Shown one piece after another: positions 1 through 7,048 of a stretch of DNA of 14,058 bases. The stretch spans positions 1 to 14,058 of the forward strand of contig JAWCMA010000030.1 of the NCBI GenBank assembly GCA_038850285.1, given 5' to 3'. Numbering within the stretch: position 1 is the first letter of the stretch; every line of letters begins with the position of its first letter. This DNA comes from Methanocellales archaeon (GTDB lineage Archaea > Halobacteriota > JAWCLZ01). The position numbers and the translations under genes were made by a program. The notes under the pieces are model-generated. The model saw only the letters and a program-made list of their open reading frames with translations. It searched no databases and was not told the DNA's origin.

Positions 1-25
1 GAAATCCTCTTTTTTCTATAAATTT

Positions 26-75
26 TTTTATATAAGGTTCCCCTAATAAATCCTTGTAATGAATTTATTAGGGGA
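26..75 (+). promoter_or_regulatory. TATA box plus 13-bp inverted repeat covering the transposase RBS and start
   Basis: TTTTTATATAA at ~25-35. TCCCCTAATAAAT (39-51) pairs perfectly with ATTTATTAGGGGA (63-75), which includes the GGGG RBS-like run and the A of ATG75. Confidence 0.7.
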
Positions 76-875
76 TGGATATCGTGAATAGATATCTTGG
101 CTTTATTGATATAGCTTTGGGTGTGTGAAGAGTTCGAGAATTCCATTGTATTCTTCGAAGTTTTCTAAGAGGACTTATACGCAGCATCAATTGCTTGCGA
201 TCTTGCTTTTCAAGGAATATTTGAATGAAGATTATCGAGACTTAAGGGATCTTTTGGAATTGATGAGTGGTGTTGTGAGGAAATTGAAGTTAAATTCTAT
301 TCCTCATTTTACTACCCCTCAAAAATTTCTCTCTAGATTTAGCTTAACTCTATTTGAAAAGCTATTGAGGAGTACTCTTGCTCTTTTCTATGCTCGTAGG
401 GAGGGGGTCGAGATTGTTGCAATTGATAGCTCAGGCTTTACAAGTGATCGCGATAGTCTATATTACTCTTTTAGAGCTGAGAAGCTTAGGAAGAGCTTTT
501 TGAAGACTTCTATTGCTATAGATAGTTATAAGCAAGTTGTTATTGCTTGGAAGATAAATAGGACTCCTATTCATGATGTTAAGCTGCTAAGCCATTGCTT
601 AAGAAGTCTCATAGAATTAAGAGGGCTTACTTCTATGTCTTGGATAGGGGCTATGATTCTGAGGCTATACATCGCCTCATTAGAAAGGGGTTAAAGGCTA
701 TTTCTATCATTCCACTTAGAGTTAGGGATAGAAAGCAGGTTCTTGGTAGATATCGCAAGCAAATGCAATCTTTAGACCCAAGATATTATAGGAGGAGCAT
801 AGCTGAAACTAATCTCAGTAGTGAAGCGTAGATTTGGTGAAGAGCTTAAAGCTAGAAATTATCGAAATCAAATTC
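75..875 (+). pseudogene. IS5-family DDE transposase, frameshifted three times and C-terminally truncated
   Basis: Stitched reading: MDIVNRYLGFIDIALGV / (shift ~122) VKSSRIPLYSSKFSKRTYTQHQL..IPHFTT..AIDSSGF..HDVK / (shift ~584) AKPLLKK..LDRGYDSE..YYRRSIAETN / (shift ~812) SVVKRRFGEELKARNYRNQI. The D, D and E motifs are all recognisable. Confidence 0.9.
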
Positions 876-1022
876 ATCGACCTTGGGGAAATCGACCCCT
901 TATTCTTTGAGAGCAGTTATTATTTAGGTCATGCGGAAGTTAGTATAAAGGCATTTGAGCTATTAAGGGGAGTGCTCGAGAGGAAGAAAAAGGCTGCTAT
1001 CACCAAAAATTGTGGGCTGTAA
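861..1022 (+). pseudogene. ku: Internal fragment of a prokaryotic Ku (NHEJ DNA end-binding) protein
   Basis: IEI-KFIDLGEIDPLFFESSYYLGHAEVSIKAFELLRGVLERKKKAAITK matches the recalled Ku core segment (IeI..FV...eIDP.yf...YYL.P......aY.LL..aL.....vaia k). Both termini are missing. Confidence 0.8.
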
Positions 1023-1032
1023 AGTAAACGTC

Positions 1033-1059
1033 ACCTAACATATGCGCTTATAAGAAGTT
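1033..1059 (+). repeat. 27-bp direct repeat copy 1 (candidate tyrosine-recombinase site)
   Basis: ACCTAACATATGCGCTTATAAGAAGTT, 21/27 identical to 1764-1790. Confidence 0.7.
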
Positions 1060-1183
1060 TTTTCGAAGGAAAAATTGGGGTGGAGCCAAGCGGCAGAGCA
1101 AAGGCGGAACCCGCTGTAAGTCCTTTGAGCGTAAGCGAAGACCGAGAGCCAAAGGCTCGGAGGAGGTCGAAGGTGCCGTAGTT

Positions 1184-1198
1184 CGAAAATTATTTAAA
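1184..1198 (+). promoter_or_regulatory. Archaeal BRE+TATA promoter of the HYExAFE gene (probably leaderless mRNA)
   Basis: CGAAAAT-TATTTAAA ends about 22 nt before ATG1221, and no RBS is visible. Confidence 0.6.
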
Positions 1199-1220
1199 AC
1201 AGCTTATCGCATTATCTATT

Positions 1221-1748
1221 ATGACAAAAAGAAAAGGTTCACACAGCCATTACGAATTAATGTTTGAGAGTTTTTTAAGAGAGCAACAATTCCTTTATAT
1301 TGCAATAAATGAAGCAAAGCGTCCAATTTTCAAAGGCGAGAAAGTAAAAAATTTTGATTTTATTGTTGTTTCTAAATATGGAAAACTTATTCTTATGGAC
1401 ATCAAAGGGAAACAATTCCCATACGAATCAAAGTTAGGTAAAAATTATTGGGAAAATTGGGTTGGATTAGATGATGTAAAATTTCTGAAAATGTGGGCTG
1501 AAATTTTTAATACGACTGGGATTATCGTATTCCCGTATTTGATTAAATACAAGGAAGATGAGAAATCATTCAAAGACATTTTCAAATTTAAGGGGAATTC
1601 CTATGGAATTGTTGCGATTGAGGTAAATGAATATCATAAAAATTCTAAACCAAGAAGTAAAGCCATAAAAGGAACTTTTAATGCGATAAGCATCTCAAGA
1701 GAATTATTCTCGAAATTAGCAAAACCTATCTCATTCTTTTTGTTGTAG
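1221..1748 (+). CDS. HYExAFE-family protein, putative PD-(D/E)XK nuclease
   Basis: N-terminal HYELMFE, YIAINEAKR, a KNFDFIV..LILMDIKGKQFP catalytic-like motif and WENWV. Intact 175 aa, visibly AT-richer than the core genes. Confidence 0.8.
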   Translation: MTKRKGSHSHYELMFESFLREQQFLYIAINEAKRPIFKGEKVKNFDFIVVSKYGKLILMDIKGKQFPYESKLGKNYWENWVGLDDVKFLKMWAEIFNTTGIIVFPYLIKYKEDEKSFKDIFKFKGNSYGIVAIEVNEYHKNSKPRSKAIKGTFNAISISRELFSKLAKPISFFLL

Positions 1749-1763
1749 TGCCTAACCGATTGG

Positions 1764-1790
1764 ATTTAACGTATGCGATTATCTGAAGTT
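1764..1790 (+). repeat. 27-bp direct repeat copy 2 (candidate tyrosine-recombinase site)
   Basis: ATTTAACGTATGCGATTATCTGAAGTT, 15 nt after the HYExAFE stop codon. Confidence 0.7.
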
Positions 1791-1941
1791 CTTCGCCTTA
1801 ATTTTATCAAATAAGCAAAGAATTTGGGAATTTTACGCAGCTCTTTCTAGCTATTTCTCCAGGATCCATTTTCTTTTGCCACGCATAAAAATAAAAATAT
1901 ACGCTTTAAAAATTTTTATATAGTTAACTAACTAAAAGTTT

Positions 1942-4320
1942 CTATTCATATTTACTACTTGCCACTTCCCTTATTTTTTTAGCCGTTTTTCGACCTATTT
2001 TTTCCACCTTAAGCAATTCCTCAACTGAAGCTGTCATAATCCCCTCTACCGAGCCAAAGTAGCGCAGCAAATTCTTCGCAGCTATTAATCCCACGCCTGG
2101 AATTGCACTCACTAAATATTCCTGCTGCTCTTTAAGCGTGAGTATAGTTTTTCTACCGTGCAAACTTATTTCCCTCTTTTCATCGAATTGCTCTCGCTTA
2201 GCTATGATGTATAGAAGAGCAGCGGTGTCCTCTGGATTAGCAGTGCTGATAATTGGAATTCCAAAGTCAATTGAAATAGAAGCAAGCATGCTGCGCACTG
2301 CATTTGGATTGATCCTCCTAGCAGTATATAATCCCTCGCCCTCTAGAATGAGAACTGGTCTTTCAAAATTCCTAGCAAGTTCCGCCATTTGAGTGAAGAG
2401 ATCTCTCCCTTGAGATCGATCTATGAGCGTGCCTAGGAAGTCTTCTACGGTTTTCCTCTCCACGCCAACTCTCTCAGAGAGAATATAATCTCCAACCTCA
2501 AGAGTCTTAAGGGTAATTATTGCTCCCATTTCCTCAAGAGCCTTGGCCACTGGCGAGCGCATCTCGCGCGCGTCAACATATATATTAACCTTTTTCGCTT
2601 CATTTGAATACTCAAATATTGTTTTCTGAGCTCTATCTACTACCTCGTGGTTCATAGCTGCATTCCTCCTTCTAGCTTCATTTTCAAAGCAATTTGCGTG
2701 CATTACCCCTTCAAAAACAGGTGAATCTGAGATGCGATCCTCAAAATAGTCAAGCATATCTACTTCCTCTTCTAAATTAGCTAGCTCAGCTTGCATTTCC
2801 CTTATCCTCTTATTCATTTCTCTTTCCTTTCTATGGCTGATCCAGAAATAAGCTTCATCTCTCGTTCCCTTTGCGATGAGGACAATTATTCTGCCAACTC
2901 TATGTCTGCCAGTTCTCCCTCTTCTTTGAATACTTCTAATTTCAGATGGAACTGGTTCGTAGAATAATACCAAGTCGGTAGAGGGAATATCTAATCCTTC
3001 TTCAGCAACTGAAGTTGCAACAAGTACATTGTAATCTCCAGCTTTGAATTTCTCCAGAATTTCAACCTGCTGCTTTTGACTAAGTCCTTTATCTTCAAAT
3101 TTGCTTGCTTGTCCCACGAATCGCACTGGCTTGATGTTACCGCTGGAAAGCATTTCAGTTACAAGTTCAGCGGTATCCCTAAAATTGGTGAAGATAATTA
3201 TTCTTGAATCTGGATTTCGCTCAAGTTCTCGGGTAACAATCTTTTTAACCATCTCTAGTTTGGGAAAAGTAGCTCTAGAGTTCTTCGCAAGCATAATTGC
3301 ACGCTTTATATTCTCCTCGCTCAATATCCTCTTAGATGCCTTGCTTCCCCCTTTAGAGGAAGCTTCACTGCTTAAGCGCTCGAAGTATTTCCTCAAAGCA
3401 TCTATACCTTGTGTTTCACAAAGCTCTATACCGTGCTTCAACTTCAAGATCTCAGCAGTTAAAGAAAGCGCGTGATAGAGCTGCGGACTTTTCTTCGTTG
3501 CAAGCTCAGCTTGAATCTGCTGCTGAAGCTGCAGAAGTTCTCTCTTCAGCTGTGCTTGCTCTCTTCGCTCAACGATGCCGGAGTTAATTAGCTCAGCTGT
3601 TCTAGCAGCAAGCACACTTTCAAGCAGCCTTTTAATCTCAAGAACCTCGCTCGGTAGCTTGACATATCTCCACTCTATATCTTTTCTATAGACATATGGA
3701 GCTACATCTGCATCTTGCTCAGTTCGAAGTTCCACAGCAGATATATGAAGATTTTTACATACCTCATCGATCTTTAATTCATCGCTACCGGGAGAAGCTG
3801 TGATGCCTAGGATTAAAGGATGCTTAGCTTGAACTACATATTTATTCGCAATGTAAACATAGGAATAGCCGCCTGTTGCTCTATGCGCTTCATCGAAGGT
3901 GAGGTGAACTACATTTGAAAGCTCTAGGCGCTTAGCCATGAGGTCGTTCTCAATAACTTGAGGGGTAGATACAATAACCCTAGCTTTACTCCAGAGCTCT
4001 CTTCTTTTCTCAATTGATACCTCTCCAGTGAAGATCGCGATCTCCTCGGGCTTCACAAGTAATAGTTTTTTTAGAAATTGAGCGTGCTGCTCAACCAGTG
4101 GCTTAGTTGGCGATAAAATCAAGGCTTTGCCATCTGGGAAATCTTTGAGCCTGCTAGCGATAACTAGGAGTGCAATTATAGTTTTTCCCAAGCCAGTTGG
4201 CAATACAGCAAGTGTAGATTTTTGAAGAGCAGTTGCTGCGATTGCAAGTTGATATAATCGCTTCTCTATGCTATTTGGTTTTATTAACACGTGCTCTAGG
4301 TATTCATCTTCCACTTCCAC
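1942..4320 (-). CDS. hef: Hef (FANCM/XPF-like) DEAH helicase with ERCC4 nuclease and HhH domains
   Basis: PTGLGKT, FDEAHRA, TASPG, EEGLDIP, QRRGRTGR; ERCC4 motifs VDARE..GDY..VERKT..DF; C-terminal HhH pair (IPGVG, VEKIG). Confidence 0.96.
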   Translation of the reverse strand: MEVEDEYLEHVLIKPNSIEKRLYQLAIAATALQKSTLAVLPTGLGKTIIALLVIASRLKDFPDGKALILSPTKPLVEQHAQFLKKLLLVKPEEIAIFTGEVSIEKRRELWSKARVIVSTPQVIENDLMAKRLELSNVVHLTFDEAHRATGGYSYVYIANKYVVQAKHPLILGITASPGSDELKIDEVCKNLHISAVELRTEQDADVAPYVYRKDIEWRYVKLPSEVLEIKRLLESVLAARTAELINSGIVERREQAQLKRELLQLQQQIQAELATKKSPQLYHALSLTAEILKLKHGIELCETQGIDALRKYFERLSSEASSKGGSKASKRILSEENIKRAIMLAKNSRATFPKLEMVKKIVTRELERNPDSRIIIFTNFRDTAELVTEMLSSGNIKPVRFVGQASKFEDKGLSQKQQVEILEKFKAGDYNVLVATSVAEEGLDIPSTDLVLFYEPVPSEIRSIQRRGRTGRHRVGRIIVLIAKGTRDEAYFWISHRKEREMNKRIREMQAELANLEEEVDMLDYFEDRISDSPVFEGVMHANCFENEARRRNAAMNHEVVDRAQKTIFEYSNEAKKVNIYVDAREMRSPVAKALEEMGAIITLKTLEVGDYILSERVGVERKTVEDFLGTLIDRSQGRDLFTQMAELARNFERPVLILEGEGLYTARRINPNAVRSMLASISIDFGIPIISTANPEDTAALLYIIAKREQFDEKREISLHGRKTILTLKEQQEYLVSAIPGVGLIAAKNLLRYFGSVEGIMTASVEELLKVEKIGRKTAKKIREVASSKYE

Positions 4321-4405
4321 AGCTGACCCTTTTTAATAACATATTGCAGAACTTTAAAAGTTTTGATAGCAGAATGAAAGTACTTGTACTTAAAATTAAA
4401 TTTAA

Positions 4406-4440
4406 TAAAATTAAAATTAAAATTAAAATTAAAATTAAAA
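4406..4440 (-). repeat. (TTAAAA)n tandem repeat, T-rich on the minus strand; likely terminator region of the antiporter gene
   Basis: Five exact TTAAAA units at 4411-4440 plus a partial unit, directly after the antiporter stop. Confidence 0.7.
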
Positions 4441-4443
4441 AAG

Positions 4444-5616
4444 CTAAAACCTCTCAATATATCCCTCTATTTTATCTATATTAATAATACTATATTTTAT
4501 CATTGCAGGTGTTAAAAGGGCTGTGAAGACCATGAGCATGGCTGCTATTGACTGCAATTCAACTTGAGCTCCAGCAAGCGTGCCATATCTCGCAACGATT
4601 AGCGAGACCTCCCCTCTAGGTACTAGCATTATGGCGCATATAAATGCTGAAACCTTTGGAATTCCATAGAATTTCAAACTTAAATAGCCCCCTAAAAATT
4701 TACCTCCAAAAGCAATGATGGAAATAGCTAGAGCCAGAGGTATTCCCAAGATTAATAGTCTGGGATCTATGAGCATTCCGATTGCAGTGAAGAATACCGC
4801 GGCAAATATATCCCTAGCTGATCTGATGAAGCGAGCTATGTCGTCTACAAATCCAGTTAAGGCAATGATTGAGCCCGCGAGAAATGCACCAGTCATTGGA
4901 GCAAGCTGCACTAGAGCTAGGAAGTAAGAGATGAAAAAGCAGAGTGAAACCGCAAGCAATACCATTCCATCGCGCGATATTCTGCCCACGAAGCTGAATA
5001 AAGCTGGGAATATTTTTACCCCTATAATTGAAATCGCTAGTACTGCGAGGAGAATTAAACCTAGATCTAAGATCAATCCAAGGGGAGATATCTTGATGGA
5101 GAGGCTGAGGTTAACTGCAAGTGTTAAAGCGATTAAACCATAGAGGTCATCTACCACTATGGCAGCGAGGGTTAAATCAGCACCGCTTATGCCTAGGAGA
5201 TTCATATCTTGAATTAGTTTAACAGCAATGCTGGAGCTCGTGCTAACCAGTAGCACGCCTAAGAAAATTGCGCTTGCTAAATCCCATCCAAGCAGCAAGC
5301 CGAATGCAAATCCAAGGAAAAAGGAAATCAAGGCACCTGCACCAGCGATGAAGAAAGCGGCTATTCCAATTTGCCTCAGCCTCGATATATTGAATTCCAA
5401 GCCCATTGAGAACATCAAAAAAACTGCGCCAAGTTCGACGAAGCTATCAATGGTTTCACCCCACTGCACTAAATTAAGTACAAATGGGCCCACGAGCATG
5501 CCAAAAATGAGCATTCCCACAACTGCCGGGAGTTTGATTTTAGCCAGAGCTAGATATCCAATGACTGCAGCCAGGAGTATTATTCCGAGTTCAAGTAGCA
5601 TTAATGGCGAATCCAT
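4444..5616 (-). CDS. CPA2-family cation:proton antiporter (KhtU/KefB-like membrane subunit)
   Basis: Multi-TM protein with ELGAVFLMFSMGLE, STSSSI, VVDDL, GAFLAG, FFTAIG and PRGEVS. ATG5616 (MDSPLMLLELG) is preferred over TTG5646. Confidence 0.9.
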   Translation of the reverse strand: MDSPLMLLELGIILLAAVIGYLALAKIKLPAVVGMLIFGMLVGPFVLNLVQWGETIDSFVELGAVFLMFSMGLEFNISRLRQIGIAAFFIAGAGALISFFLGFAFGLLLGWDLASAIFLGVLLVSTSSSIAVKLIQDMNLLGISGADLTLAAIVVDDLYGLIALTLAVNLSLSIKISPLGLILDLGLILLAVLAISIIGVKIFPALFSFVGRISRDGMVLLAVSLCFFISYFLALVQLAPMTGAFLAGSIIALTGFVDDIARFIRSARDIFAAVFFTAIGMLIDPRLLILGIPLALAISIIAFGGKFLGGYLSLKFYGIPKVSAFICAIMLVPRGEVSLIVARYGTLAGAQVELQSIAAMLMVFTALLTPAMIKYSIINIDKIEGYIERF

Positions 5617-5679
5617 CCCGCATACCAATAGTGGATATTGCAGCAATGCTAATATATCTTATCCTCTTATTCATATACG

Positions 5680-6159
5680 ATGCAAATAGAAGAGGCACAT
5701 CTAGCTGGCATTGGCAAGCGAGTGGTTTATAAAAATGTTTTAAGTGGAGATACCATTGTAGTTGTGGCTAGAAATGATGATGTTTTCGAGCTGCACGTGA
5801 ATCCTGATAAAATTGGTAAATCAATTAGTTTGAAGCTAGCAAAAGATGAAGCAAAGAGCATTGGAATCTTCCTAGGGGGCTTGCTCTCCTCACCTAGAGT
5901 GGTGGAAGTGCTTTCCCACGTGATCACGGGAGACATAGCAATTGATCAAATTGCCATAAAACACGGGGCAAAGGTAATTGGAAAAACCATAAGTGAAATT
6001 GACTTAAGGAAGAACACCGGTGCTTCAATTCTCTCCATCATACGTCAAACTCAAACCATTACCAATCCAGATCCCAGTGAGAAGATCTTAGAGGGCGATG
6101 TTTTAATTACAATTGGCACCTCGGAACAGCGAGAGAGGGCAAGGAAGATACTCAGCTAG
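5680..6159 (+). CDS. KhtT-like cation:proton antiporter regulatory subunit (TrkA-C/RCK_C)
   Basis: N-terminal IEEAHLAGIGKR (KhtT N-domain like) and C-terminal GKTISEIDLRKNTGASILSIIR..NPDP..GDVL. Confidence 0.88.
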   Translation: MQIEEAHLAGIGKRVVYKNVLSGDTIVVVARNDDVFELHVNPDKIGKSISLKLAKDEAKSIGIFLGGLLSSPRVVEVLSHVITGDIAIDQIAIKHGAKVIGKTISEIDLRKNTGASILSIIRQTQTITNPDPSEKILEGDVLITIGTSEQRERARKILS

Positions 6160-6203
6160 TTCGGGAGAATAGAAAATAGAAATAGAAACGAAAAATACAT
6201 ATT

Positions 6204-6390
6204 GAGCGCGTTAAACTTGCGAGTACCTCTCTTCAGTAACCATTCCCACCACTACATCTCCTTCTTTCACAAGCACTGCCCCACTGCGATGCCTGGACAT
6301 TTGATTTATGACATCCTGCAAAGTGGAAGTGATTTGTACCGAGGGAATATCAACTCGCATAAAATCCTTGACCTTTCCCTTTATCACCAT
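6204..6390 (-). pseudogene. CBS-domain protein 1, N-terminal half (inverted)
   Basis: ATG6390 with upstream AGGAG; MVIKGKVKDFMRVDIPSVQITSTLQDVINQMSRHRSGAVLVKEGDVVVGMVTE.. to TAA at 6211-6213. Not in the ORF track. Confidence 0.85.
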
Positions 6391-6427
6391 CTCTATTCTC
6401 TCCTTGCTTTATAGCTTTACTTATTAA

Positions 6428-6641
6428 TATGGGAAGGATACCAGCGAGCTAAAGGTGGATGGATTCATGATGGCTTGCAAGTTCGAGGGTGCCAATCCTT
6501 GTATACAAATCGATGAGAATTCAGATATAAGATGTATTCAAGGTAATGAATGCAAGGGATGTAGGAATAGATCATTTATTAGTCTGGGGCAAGCGTGGTC
6601 TAGCTGGTGCGATTTCCTTTAGAGATATAATTAAAGGGTGA
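6428..6641 (+). pseudogene. CBS-domain protein 1, C-terminal half (no start codon, one frameshift)
   Basis: YGKDTSELKVDGFMMACKFEGANPCIQIDENSDI / (shift ~6530) DVFKVMNARDVGIDHLLVWGKRGLAGAISFRDIIKG*. Confidence 0.8.
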
Positions 6642-6645
6642 AGCT

Positions 6646-7009
6646 ATGAAGCTCAAGGGAAATGTTAGAGATTTCATGAGAATTGATTTACCAGTGGTAA
6701 GTGGAGATGCAACGATGCAGGAAGTGGTTAGCAAGATGAAGCAAGAGGACACAGACTTGTTTTGGTGAAAGAGGAAGAGAATGTAATTGGAATGGTTACA
6801 GATCGCGAGCTGGTTGATTGCTTAGCCAAGGGAGAGGACCTTTCAAAGGTCAAGGTGAAGAAATACATGGAAGCATACTTTAGGTGGGCCGAGTCCCTAC
6901 TGGCAGGTTAATGGTTGCAGCTGGCATAGACCATTTACTGGTCTGTAAGCCCAAGGAGCTAGCTGGCGTTGTTTCAATGGGAGATATAATTGAATATCTA
7001 GCTAGATAA
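6646..7009 (+). pseudogene. CBS-domain protein 2, a frameshifted paralog of protein 1
   Basis: RBS GGGTGA; MKLKGNVRDFMRIDLPVV..EDTD / (shift ~6757) VLVKEEENVIGMVTDRELVDCLAKGEDLSKVKVKKYM.. / (shift with probable deletion ~6875-6905) RLMVAAGIDHLLVCKPKELAGVVSMGDIIEYLAR*. Confidence 0.85.
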
Positions 7010-7045
7010 AAAAAATAATAAAATATAAAATAAAATAATAAAATA
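7010..7045 (-). terminator. T-rich low-complexity tract after DP1, probable archaeal terminator
   Basis: The minus strand reads TATTTTATTATTTTATTTTATATTTT.. directly after the stop codon. Confidence 0.5.
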
Positions 7046-7048
7046 CTA

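Larger units (their letters stand above)
1..875 (+). mobile_element. Degenerate IS5-family insertion sequence, right end missing
   Basis: Carries a DDE transposase pseudogene. The window begins with GAAATCCTC, which from recall of this archaeal IS group resembles the inner part of the left terminal IR, cut by the window edge. No matching right IR (GAGGATTTC) follows the transposase. Confidence 0.75.

Noticed and set aside
75-875. Programmed frameshifting in the transposase
   Set aside because: Three separate shifts without clear slippery motifs, plus truncation, indicate decay.
834-1022. 62-aa ORF as a real standalone gene
   Set aside because: It is a chimera: the 5' part is off-frame transposase sequence and the remainder is a Ku fragment.
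1033-1190. Canonical integron attC site
   Set aside because: RYYYAAC is present, but I found no complementary GTTRRRY arm or long imperfect palindrome; it is kept only as a non-canonical site.
1033-1790. CRISPR array
   Set aside because: Only two degenerate copies 731 bp apart and no cas genes.
1791-1941. Possible tiny minus-strand ORF (MDPGEIARKSCVKFPNSLLI) after hef
   Set aside because: Only 20 codons with no recognisable similarity.
2138-5936. Antisense ORFs 2138-2392, 3101-3475, 4233-4484, 4715-4927, 4931-5143, 5228-5689, 5727-5936
   Set aside because: Shadow frames of hef, the antiporter and khtT; 4233-4484 merely reads through the TTAAAA repeat (KIKIKI).
6202-6414. 70-aa plus-strand ORF
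   Set aside because: It is the antisense of the recognisable CBS N-half on the minus strand.
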